Assembly: GCF_035539115.1 (NCBI RefSeq)
Contig: NZ_DATLJA010000011.1
Span: forward strand, 20,564-44,563
Direction of reading: 5' to 3'
Source of the DNA: Desulfitobacterium sp.
GTDB lineage: Bacteria; Bacillota; Desulfitobacteriia; Desulfitobacteriales; Desulfitobacteriaceae
Length of the DNA: 24,000 bases
Shown: positions 6,995 through 14,385 of the stretch, piece after piece
Layout: the number at the start of each line of letters is the position of its first letter
Position numbering within the stretch: the stretch's first letter is position 1
Notes under the pieces: generated by a model
Told to the model about the DNA's origin: nothing
What the model saw: only the letters and a program-made list of their open reading frames with translations
Databases searched by the model: none
Translations under genes and position numbers: made by a program

Positions 6995-7663
6995 TTATGA
7001 CGTTCGCGGTCTTTGTTTTTTATATCTACCAGCGAATAAGACGCCGACAATGAGGATTAGGGTTAAACTCCACCGAAGAATTAAATTGTCTGCAAAAATA
7101 GGCTGTAGAAACGGTTCATCCATTAGCATGGTGGAGGCAGTATAGGCAATAACACCGGCGCCAATCTCAATCAAAGAGGGAATGCGATCTAAGGCTTTAA
7201 TAACTAAGGTACTGCCCCAGACAACGATTGGAATACTAATGAATAAGCCGCAAATAACCAAGAGGTAACTTCCATGTGCTGCTCCGGCGACTGCAATAAC
7301 ATTATCTAGACCCATTACCGCATCGGCAACAATAATCGTCCGAATAGCGCCCCAGATACTTGTACTAGTGGCAACCTCATTGGATTTCTCTTGCGTAAGA
7401 AGTTTATACGCCATTCCCACAAGAAAGATTCCCCCGACAAGTAAGAGCCCCGGAATCTTAAGGAGCCAAACCGCGACAAGGGTAGTCAACGAACGAATAA
7501 TAATCGCACCGAGTGTTCCCCAAAAAATTACTTTTTTCTGATCGTGCTTAGGAAGATTACGGGCGGCTAAGCCGATCACAATTGCATTGTCTCCACCTAA
7601 TACCAAATCAATCATCACAATAGATAAAAGGGCTGTTAAGAAACCATGTCCCAAAAAGTCCAT
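6995..7663 (-). CDS. TerC/YjbE-family integral membrane protein (probable Mn2+ exporter class)
   Basis: 222-aa protein with about 7 TM segments and the duplicated signature GGDNAIVIG...GLDNVIAVAGAA typical of the TerC family. It is preceded by a yybP-ykoY riboswitch. Confidence 0.9.
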   Translation of the reverse strand: MDFLGHGFLTALLSIVMIDLVLGGDNAIVIGLAARNLPKHDQKKVIFWGTLGAIIIRSLTTLVAVWLLKIPGLLLVGGIFLVGMAYKLLTQEKSNEVATSTSIWGAIRTIIVADAVMGLDNVIAVAGAAHGSYLLVICGLFISIPIVVWGSTLVIKALDRIPSLIEIGAGVIAYTASTMLMDEPFLQPIFADNLILRWSLTLILIVGVLFAGRYKKQRPRTS

Positions 7664-7721
7664 TTTTCATCCTCACTCTCTGATCTTCTAATTGTTGTAG
7701 ATTAGGGTTAAAACTTAAAAA

Positions 7722-7850
7722 TCAAAATAAAAAAGACCTTTTACCCCTTATGGGCAAAGGTCTTGCAAACAACATCTCAAGTTGTCAACAAAGCCGGGAA
7801 CGTTAATTCCGTATTGACGGCTTTGCTGTAACAGCTACTCCCCTTTGAAC
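7722..7850 (-). promoter_or_regulatory. yybP-ykoY (Mn2+) riboswitch with intrinsic terminator, leader of the TerC gene
   Basis: The minus strand reads cAAAGGGGAGUAGCuguuacagcaaagCCGUCAAUACgg...cCCGGCUUUGUUGACAacuuGAGAuguuguUUGCAAGACCUUUg. This matches conserved blocks of the family as I recall them from the L. lactis aptamer (GGGGAGUAGC, GUCAAU, GGCUUUGUUGACA, GCAAGACC). The P1.1 3' strand overlaps the terminator aagaccuuugccc-auaa-gggguaaaaggucUUUUUU. Confidence 0.85.
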
Positions 7851-7861
7851 ACTACTCTTTT

Positions 7862-7891
7862 ATTATAAAGCATAATTTACTATTGGGTCAA
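7862..7891 (-). promoter_or_regulatory. Sigma-A-type promoter of the riboswitch-TerC transcript
   Basis: The minus strand has TTGACC (7891-7886), an 18-nt spacer and TATAAT (7867-7862), about 10 nt upstream of the aptamer. Confidence 0.55.
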
Positions 7892-8033
7892 GACTTTTTC
7901 TCTTATCTCAGTAGAGAAATCCATGATGCTCTTGAATTGACTTCTCTAGATTACTAAAATGAGTGTAGAACAATGAAGAAAAATGATAGGTAGGCAAATA
8001 TTCTAAATTAGAGATGAACAAAGGAGATTTGTG

Positions 8034-9182
8034 ATGCATGTTTTAATTGCAGTCGATTCCTTTAAAGGAAGCTTATCCAGCCAAAAGGCCGGTGAGGCAA
8101 TTACGAAGGGGCTTCATAAGGTATTCCCCGAGGCGACGTCCTATATCTTGCCGATGGCTGACGGTGGAGAAGGGACAGTCGAAGCACTGGTCCAAGCAAG
8201 GCAAGGGAGAATTTTAAAAACAAGGGTGACCTCTCCATTGGGAGAGTCAATCGAGGGCTTTCTGGGGGAATTACCTCATGGCGTAGTTGTCTTAGAAATG
8301 GCAGCAGCTTCAGGTTTGCCCCTTGTTCCACTGGAGAAACGGAATCCCCTTGTCACAACGACTAAGGGAACCGGAGAATTGATAACGAAGGCCATGGATC
8401 TTGGAGCACGTGATATTATTCTGGGAATTGGCGGGAGTGCAACGAACGATGGTGGGGCCGGAATGGCTCAAGCGCTCGGCGTAAAACTTCTGGACGAGAA
8501 GGGTAAAGAGCTAAAACCTGGAGGTGGAGATTTAGGCCGACTGGCAAGAATTGATCTCGCTCAGATTGATCCTCGGTTGAAAAGCACGAAGATCACGGTG
8601 ATGTGTGATGTGGACAACCCTTTATGCGGTCCGCAGGGTGCGTCTGCGGTCTTTGGCCCGCAAAAAGGAGCAACTCCTGAAATGGTTCAAAGCCTTGATC
8701 GAAATTTAGAGCACTATGCTCAGATGATTAAAGAACAGCTGGGATTCGATCTCAAGAATGTCCCAGGTGCTGGTGCGGCCGGAGGTTTAGGAGCAGGTCT
8801 ACTGGCTTTTACAGGAGCAGAATTAAAGACCGGGGTAGAGACAATTTTAGATACGGTTAAGTTTGATCAAATGCTGGAAGGAGCGGATCTCGTTGTCACA
8901 GGGGAAGGCCGAATTGATAATCAATCGCTCTATGGAAAAGTACCGATGGGGGTAGCCAAAAGAGCGCTCAAGCATGCTAAGCCGGTGCTTGCCATCGTCG
9001 GGTCGATCGGTCCTGGGGCAGAGGCCCTCTATGATCAAGGTCTCAGTTCGATTGTGAGTATTGTCAATGGTCCAATGACACTGGAAAAATCGATGGAAGA
9101 GGCGTACGAATTGACGATCGAGGCAACGGAAAGAACGTTCCGGGTCTTGCAAATGGGACAACAAATTAGGGGACAAAATTAA
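8034..9182 (+). CDS. Glycerate kinase (GlxK/GarK family)
   Basis: The N-terminus is family-typical (MHVLIAVDSFKGSLSS), with MADGGEGT, GIGGSATNDGGAGM and VVTGEGRID motifs. ATG 8034 sits 7 nt after AAGGAG. GTG 8031 is an alternative start. Confidence 0.9.
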   Translation: MHVLIAVDSFKGSLSSQKAGEAITKGLHKVFPEATSYILPMADGGEGTVEALVQARQGRILKTRVTSPLGESIEGFLGELPHGVVVLEMAAASGLPLVPLEKRNPLVTTTKGTGELITKAMDLGARDIILGIGGSATNDGGAGMAQALGVKLLDEKGKELKPGGGDLGRLARIDLAQIDPRLKSTKITVMCDVDNPLCGPQGASAVFGPQKGATPEMVQSLDRNLEHYAQMIKEQLGFDLKNVPGAGAAGGLGAGLLAFTGAELKTGVETILDTVKFDQMLEGADLVVTGEGRIDNQSLYGKVPMGVAKRALKHAKPVLAIVGSIGPGAEALYDQGLSSIVSIVNGPMTLEKSMEEAYELTIEATERTFRVLQMGQQIRGQN

Positions 9183-10368
9183 GACGGCCTTTGATTGGCA
9201 CGATGGGAATGGTTTATTTTTATACGGTTGAAGCGTTGAATGCAGACCTGTATTCACTCAAAATCGCTCGTTGGCAATTTTGGATTGTTTCGTTGTCGAC
9301 TGCCGGATTATTAGGGACACTGTTCTTGCGCATCGGCAATGGCCGGGAGTTTCTTGATGGTCTGCCGATGTTCTATGCTGGAATCTCGCTGGCCATTCTG
9401 CTAGGTGCCTATAACCTCATCCAAACCCTAAGAAAATATATGCAGCGCATAACCCCCGCATCTGCGATTATGACAGGCGGAATGATTTTTCTCTGCCTTT
9501 TATTAATTCCGAATGTGCTCAACTATACTAACCCCATAGCCGATGAAGCGGTGAAGTATTGGGTCGTCCATCTCTGGGAGGAAATGGCCTTCGAATTGAC
9601 CTCAAGTGGCTTTATTGCCTCATTTTTTATCGCAGCAGGTTTAGCTGAAAAAAAGGATATGGAGAAATGGCTCTATCTCGAAGCCGGTTTGGCGGTTTCG
9701 GGGGGATGTTTGGTACTGGTCATCATTATTACTGGATCGGTTTTCCGGCGATTTGGTTGATTATTGGCGTTGTCTTTAGCGTAATCCAAATGATTCCGGT
9801 GGGCTTGCTTGCCCATTTAACCTATAAAGGATTAAAAAAACATCGACCACTGGATCGACGGGAGAAATTAACGCTTTGGATGATTTTAAGTAGTTTATTT
9901 TATCATTTAACGGGTGCTTCGATGCTCGGAATGATGATGACGATACCCTGGATTAATCTTTATTCGCATGGCACCTATATTACGTCCGGACATGCCCATT
10001 TGGCGTTATTTGGCGTGATGGGTTTTCTCGTTTTGGCTGGATCACACGCTATTTTAAGCAATGGCTATGAATTATCACGTAAGAGTTACTTTTGGGGAGT
10101 TATTGGGGTTGTCTTGCTTAACGCAGGAGTTATCACGATGAGCTCATTTCTTCTTGTGGCAGGTTTGTTGCAAACTTATTTATGGCGATATTTAGGGATG
10201 AATTTTACGCAGGTTCAAGAATTAATTCAACCGTACTTGCTGGCACGGGTGGCAGGGGGGTCACTTTATACTGTCGGAAGTGTTATCCTTGGCTGGAGGA
10301 TGATTAAAGCTTGGTGGCTAACAAGAGAGGATGGAAAAATAGGTGCAGAAGTTTCAAAAAGAATTTGA
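9170..10368 (+). pseudogene. NorB-like heme-copper oxidase subunit I (nitric-oxide reductase / cbb3-type), 5'-truncated and frameshifted
   Basis: ORFs 9191-9760 and 9667-10368 are two frames of one gene. The ligand motifs VVHLWEE (helix VI), GTGHHYYW (helix VII) and SGHAHLALFG (helix X) appear in order, but the frame changes at a G6 run (9700-9705). The frame opens only at 9170, inside the end of the glycerate kinase gene, with no RBS. About 80 N-terminal residues, including the helix II His, are missing. Confidence 0.7.
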
Positions 10369-11101
10369 AGTTCACTACTTTGAGGTGAATTCTTATCAGG
10401 AACTAACCCCGCTTGCTTTGCTCAATTACTTGGAAGAGACCGCGATTGCTCATTCCGAATCGGTTGGATACGGGGTAAACCGGCTGAAAGAAGAGGGGTA
10501 TGGTTGGATTTTAACCCATTGGCAGATTGAATTTGAACAGTATCCTCGCCTCGAAGAGAAAATTAAGATCCAGACTTGGCCTTCGCGTTTCGAACGTTTT
10601 TACGCGGATCGGGAATTTTTAGTTTTGAATGCTGATGATGAAGTGATTGCCCGGGCGAGCTCGTTGTGGATCTTCTTTAATTTACGTAAAAGACGACCAC
10701 TGCGCGTTCCAAAGGAGATCATCGAAGCTTATACGTTTTTCCCAGAGAAAGTCATCTCAACTCCTTTCCCAGACTTTGAGTTCACTCAAAAGGGCAAAAC
10801 GGAACACTGTGAATTTATGGTTCGGCGGAGTGACATTGACACTAATGCCCATGTCAACAATGCCAAATATATTGAATGGGTGCTGGAAACAATTCCTGAA
10901 GAAGTGTACGCTACTTATCGAATTTCTTCACTTGAGGTTGTATACAAAAAAGAAAGCACTTATGGGCAGATGATCCAAGCCTTAACTGAGGAACTGGAGA
11001 GAAGTGATCAGGATGTTCACTATTTACACCGAATTTCGGGAACAGAAGGGGAGCAGGAATTAGCCTTGGCGCGTACGCGTTGGCACAAGGTTACTTTCTA
11101 A
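10343..11101 (+). CDS. Acyl-[acyl-carrier-protein] thioesterase (FatA/B-like, PF01643)
   Basis: 252-aa double hot-dog protein (FEVNSYQELTPLALLNYLEETAIAHSE...GYGWILTHWQIEF...RRSDIDTNAHVNNAKYIEW). GTG start. Confidence 0.85.
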   Translation: MQKFQKEFEVHYFEVNSYQELTPLALLNYLEETAIAHSESVGYGVNRLKEEGYGWILTHWQIEFEQYPRLEEKIKIQTWPSRFERFYADREFLVLNADDEVIARASSLWIFFNLRKRRPLRVPKEIIEAYTFFPEKVISTPFPDFEFTQKGKTEHCEFMVRRSDIDTNAHVNNAKYIEWVLETIPEEVYATYRISSLEVVYKKESTYGQMIQALTEELERSDQDVHYLHRISGTEGEQELALARTRWHKVTF

Positions 11102-11301
11102 TCCGTCAACTTGAGTTTTCTGAGGATAATAGTTTAACCCAATGAGGATATTCTAAAATAGTTTTCTGAATTTGACTAACCTTTTATTGAGAGTTAGTGA
11201 GAAAAACGAAGTGAACACGAGATTGGATTACCTTAGAGTACAAGGTAAGGTATAGCTGATTAGGTTGAGCTAGGAAAATCGCATACGAGGGGAAATATGC
11301 T

Positions 11302-11330
11302 TTGACTTTAATCTCTTTTTCGCATAATAT
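11302..11330 (+). promoter_or_regulatory. Sigma-A-type promoter TTGACT-17-TAATAT driving the second Mn riboswitch
   Basis: The -35 is at 11302-11307 and the -10 at 11325-11330, with an exact 17-nt spacer. It lies about 45 nt upstream of the aptamer core. Confidence 0.55.
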
Positions 11331-11340
11331 ATGGATATAG

Positions 11341-11510
11341 ATTCTTCTGGTTCAAATCTGAAACGGAAGAATGCATAAAGTAAGGGGAGTAGCGAGCGGC
11401 AGAAATGCCGTGGATAGTGTCGTCATTCGGTCCGATGTGGACCCGGCTCTATCAACGTTTATGAAATTGCAAGACCTTACCCACAGCAGGGGGTGAGGTC
11501 TTTATTTTTG
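11341..11510 (+). promoter_or_regulatory. Second yybP-ykoY (Mn2+) riboswitch with intrinsic terminator and no transporter downstream
   Basis: The sequence is GUAAGGGGAGUAGCgagcggcagaaaugccgugg...GUGUCGUCAUUCGGuccgauguggaCCCGGCUCUAUCAACGuuuaugaaaUUGCAAGACCUUAC. P1.1 covaries with the TerC copy (GUAAGG/CCUUAC here, AAAGG/CCUUU there). The terminator is aagaccuuaccc-acagca-gggggugaggucUUUAUUUUU at 11471-11510. Confidence 0.72.
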
Positions 11511-11802
11511 TATCAGGGTGGTGAACGGAGGGATAAAGGATTAAAATTCATGGAAAATTCATTACTATTTCATGATTTCGTCTAACCGCTTTGTTATACT
11601 ATAGGTAATCCATAAACGGCTCGATCCTCTGAACCTGCTAAAACTGAAATCTCTCTTTATATCGAAAATTTAAAAGGATTTTATAGAAAGAAGGTGAAAT
11701 GAAGTCTAAGGATTATAATTTATCTTTATCTGAAAAGTTATAGTTATAAGCGCTGATTGGGAATATGAATAAATAAGGTAGAATTGAAGGGAGAAATTTA
11801 AA

Positions 11803-12483
11803 ATGGGTTTATTTTCTCGTGTCAAAGATTTATTGCAGGCCAACATTACGGATTTGGTGAACAAGTCGGAGGATCCGGAAAAAATGCTGAATCTCTATGT
11901 TGATCGGGCGACTGAAGAAGTAAGGAACTTCCAAATTCAAGTGAATCGCGCCGTAGCCGATAAAATTCAACTTGAAGAGCGAATTGCAACCCTGACTAAA
12001 GAAATTGAGCAACGGACGGAACAAGCGACCTTAGCGGTACAACAGGGCAAAGATGACCTAGCTCGCACGGCACTGACTCTGAAGAAACAGGCAGAAACAA
12101 GTTTGGTAGATTTCCAAACGCAATTAATCGATCAAGCTAAGGCGGTTGAGGATTTACAGGAGAACCTGCGAATTTTAACTGAGAAATTGGCGAAAGCTAA
12201 AATGGAACGAAATAACCTGGTGATGCGTCAACGTCGTGCAGAAACAATGAAAAAGGCGAATGAAGCTGTTTCCGGTATGTCCACTCACGATTCTCTGGCT
12301 GATGTGGATCGGATGAAGGAGCGTGTGGAACGGATGGAGGCGGAAGCAAAAGCTTCCCGGACGATGGTGAACACCGGAAATGCAGTTGAAGATCAATTCG
12401 CGGAACTCGAAAAGAGTAAAGCGAATTCCGAAGTTGAGGATGAACTTGCAAATCTAAAAGCACAGTTCAAGAAGGAAGAATAA
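11803..12483 (+). CDS. pspA: PspA/IM30-family membrane-stress protein
   Basis: 226-aa coiled-coil protein with the family N-terminus MGLFSRVKDLLQANITDLVNKSEDPEKMLNLYV. RBS is GAAGGGAG. Confidence 0.9.
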   Translation: MGLFSRVKDLLQANITDLVNKSEDPEKMLNLYVDRATEEVRNFQIQVNRAVADKIQLEERIATLTKEIEQRTEQATLAVQQGKDDLARTALTLKKQAETSLVDFQTQLIDQAKAVEDLQENLRILTEKLAKAKMERNNLVMRQRRAETMKKANEAVSGMSTHDSLADVDRMKERVERMEAEAKASRTMVNTGNAVEDQFAELEKSKANSEVEDELANLKAQFKKEE

Positions 12484-12517
12484 AGTGTCGAGCGAAAGAT
12501 TAAAGTAGGTGTTGGGC

Positions 12518-13471
12518 ATGAAGAGGTGGACGAAACGATTTAGTCTTGCCATCATGACGCTCATGCTCTTCGCGAGCCAGGCCACAGTGGCCTTGGCTCG
12601 CGCGGGCGGAGGGAAGGGTGGAAGTGTTGGTGGAAGCGCTGGCCGTAGCTTTAGTGGTGGCTCAGCTGCTGGAGGGTTATCTGGTGGCGGGTATTCGAGC
12701 GGGGGCTTTGGCGGCTTCTCCTTTTTCCCATTTTTCTGGGGGCCATCTTTCTTTGGGGGAGGCGGAAGTTCTCTTTTTGGTGGCTTATTTAGCCTAATAT
12801 TTATTCTGATAATTGCTTTTCTGGTCATTAAAGCCTTCCGTTCTTCAAGACGTACTTGGGGAAAACAGCGTGGACCTAGAAAGGGAGAGTGGGAAAAGAA
12901 TCCATCGCCATTGACTCCTGTTGATGTGACGGGCCGACCGATTACCAATGAGGAGAATCTTAAGCGTTTTGGCAAAGCTATACAGTTTACTCGAGATAAT
13001 ATGAGCTATTATGCAGAAACTTTCCCACGTTGGGATCGTGATTTTCTTATTGGACGGGTGCGACAGGTCTATTTTTGGATTCAAGATGCTTGGGCCAGAC
13101 AGGACCTGAGTGAGGGTGAAAATTATTTAAGTTTGACGCTTTTGGCGAAATATCGAACGGATCTTGCTAATCTGCGCAATCGTGGAGAACGGAACGTGAT
13201 CAAAGAGCCAGTTCTTCACCCGGGTGATATCGAGTTTATTCAGAGTCATCTGGATGACTCTGAACAGCATTTTGTCACCATGATTTCTGCTAGTTTGATT
13301 GATTACACGGTGGATGCCTCCGGAAGGATTATTGCAGGTGAAGATGACAATCGTCTCTTCTTTACCGAGTTTTGGGAATTCAACTGGGAGCAGGATCAAT
13401 GGGTACTCTCTAACATTTATCAAGAAGATGCTTTGGAGATTACGAAGATTGCCCGTGGAGATGAACTTTAA
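12518..13471 (+). CDS. Membrane-anchored Tim44-like domain protein with a Gly-rich N-terminal region
   Basis: It has a signal-like N-terminus (MKRWTKRFSLAIMTLMLFASQATVALA), a long G/S/F low-complexity tract and one TM (LFSLIFILIIAFLVI). The C-terminal roughly 170 aa resemble the Tim44-like fold (FLIGRVRQVYFWIQDAW...FTEFWEFNWEQDQWVLSNI). ATG 12518 is preferred over GTG 12509 on RBS spacing. Confidence 0.75.
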   Translation: MKRWTKRFSLAIMTLMLFASQATVALARAGGGKGGSVGGSAGRSFSGGSAAGGLSGGGYSSGGFGGFSFFPFFWGPSFFGGGGSSLFGGLFSLIFILIIAFLVIKAFRSSRRTWGKQRGPRKGEWEKNPSPLTPVDVTGRPITNEENLKRFGKAIQFTRDNMSYYAETFPRWDRDFLIGRVRQVYFWIQDAWARQDLSEGENYLSLTLLAKYRTDLANLRNRGERNVIKEPVLHPGDIEFIQSHLDDSEQHFVTMISASLIDYTVDASGRIIAGEDDNRLFFTEFWEFNWEQDQWVLSNIYQEDALEITKIARGDEL

Positions 13472-13492
13472 TCGTGAAAGAATTTCAAATTA

Positions 13493-13530
13493 AAAAAATC
13501 AGTCGTCTTATTAAAGACGGCTGATTCTTA
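13493..13530. terminator. Bidirectional terminator between the pspA operon and the convergent TVP38 gene
   Basis: The structure is AAAAAAA-tcagtcgtctt-atta-aagacggctga-TTCTT. Confidence 0.6.
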
Positions 13531-13562
13531 AATGAGCTTTCTTCTGCTACTTCCTACGAAAG

Positions 13563-14216
13563 TTAGACTTCTTTGTCCCGTTGATCTAAAAGCGTCCATC
13601 CATACCAAGCGCAGCCGATGATGATAACGCCGATGAGAAGGGCGAGGGTGAAACGCCACGGGTGATTGAAGAGCTCCCAGAAATCATGTCCGACCCAGGA
13701 TTCCCAGGTGATCATGGGAAGTTTACCTAAAAGGCTAGCCCAAAAAAATGAAGCAAATTTCATGGGTGAAATGCCGGCCGCGTAATTGACGGCAGCAGCG
13801 GGTAGAATTGGAATAAGGCGCGCCAGAACAATCAAGTAGAAATTCTTGCCCTCCGAGAGTTTTGCCCATTTTCCAAGCTTAGCCAGTTTTGGTCGAGCCC
13901 ATTCTTGCCCAAGCGTACGTGCCAGTCCGAAGCCAAGGGCCGAACCGAGTAGACTTCCTACTAGAGAAAGAGCAAAACCCAAAGCCCATCCAAAGAGAAG
14001 GGTATTCATCCCGGCGAGAAGAGCGAAAGGAATCATAGGAAATAACCTTTGGATCGAAATAATTAAAAGGTCAAGAAGAAACCCTTTCCAACCGAGTTGA
14101 AGGATAAAGGTCTGGAGGGCCTGGGGGTGCTGGAGTTTCGGGTAAAGAAAGAGGATTAAGACAATCGAGAGAACTAGAGTCAATAAAGAAGCTTTCTTCT
14201 GAGTCGTGCGCATCAC
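13563..14216 (-). CDS. TVP38/TMEM64 (DedA-related, SNARE-associated PF09335) membrane protein
   Basis: 217-aa multi-TM protein with the family pattern LLFGWALGFALSLVGSLLGSALGFGLAR...ARLIPILPAAAVNYAAGIS. Confidence 0.85.
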   Translation of the reverse strand: MMRTTQKKASLLTLVLSIVLILFLYPKLQHPQALQTFILQLGWKGFLLDLLIISIQRLFPMIPFALLAGMNTLLFGWALGFALSLVGSLLGSALGFGLARTLGQEWARPKLAKLGKWAKLSEGKNFYLIVLARLIPILPAAAVNYAAGISPMKFASFFWASLLGKLPMITWESWVGHDFWELFNHPWRFTLALLIGVIIIGCAWYGWTLLDQRDKEV

Positions 14217-14331
14217 TCAATCTTCTCTCCTTTTGTAGTATAGAAAAATTATATCCTATACCTGCCCGATTCACAATGGTGAGTGAGTCAATGTCATTTG
14301 AAGTGGGAAGTTACAGGAAAAAGATTCCCAC

Positions 14332-14369
14332 ACTACGCTTAATATTTGTGATAAAATATTAAGCGTAGT
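14332..14369. promoter_or_regulatory. Perfect 16-bp inverted repeat (ACTACGCTTAATATTT-N6-AAATATTAAGCGTAGT) just upstream of the GGDEF gene
   Basis: Read directly from the sequence. It lies 17 nt before GTG 14386, inside the divergent TVP38/GGDEF control region. Its function (operator or 5'-UTR hairpin) is not established. Confidence 0.5.
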
Positions 14370-14385
14370 ATGGAAATTTAAGGGT

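Noticed and set aside
8101-9257. Minus-strand ORFs 8101-8331 and 8847-9257
   Set aside because: They are antisense to the glycerate kinase CDS, with no RBS and no recognisable motifs.
9191-10368. Treating 9191-9760 and 9667-10368 as two separate genes
   Set aside because: Together they carry consecutive helix VI, VII and X ligand motifs of a single heme-copper oxidase subunit, and they overlap at a G6 run. This is one frameshifted gene.
11550-11582. 10-codon ORF (MENSLLFHDF) after the orphan riboswitch as its regulated cargo
   Set aside because: The nearest GGAGGG is 17 nt away, which is too far, and the peptide is too short to evaluate. It is mentioned only as a possibility under the riboswitch finding.
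12454-12975. 173-aa Pro-rich minus-strand ORF
   Set aside because: It is the antisense reading of the GGN-rich low-complexity tract of the Tim44-like gene, since GGN/GCC repeats read as Pro/Ala on the other strand. It is an artefact of composition.
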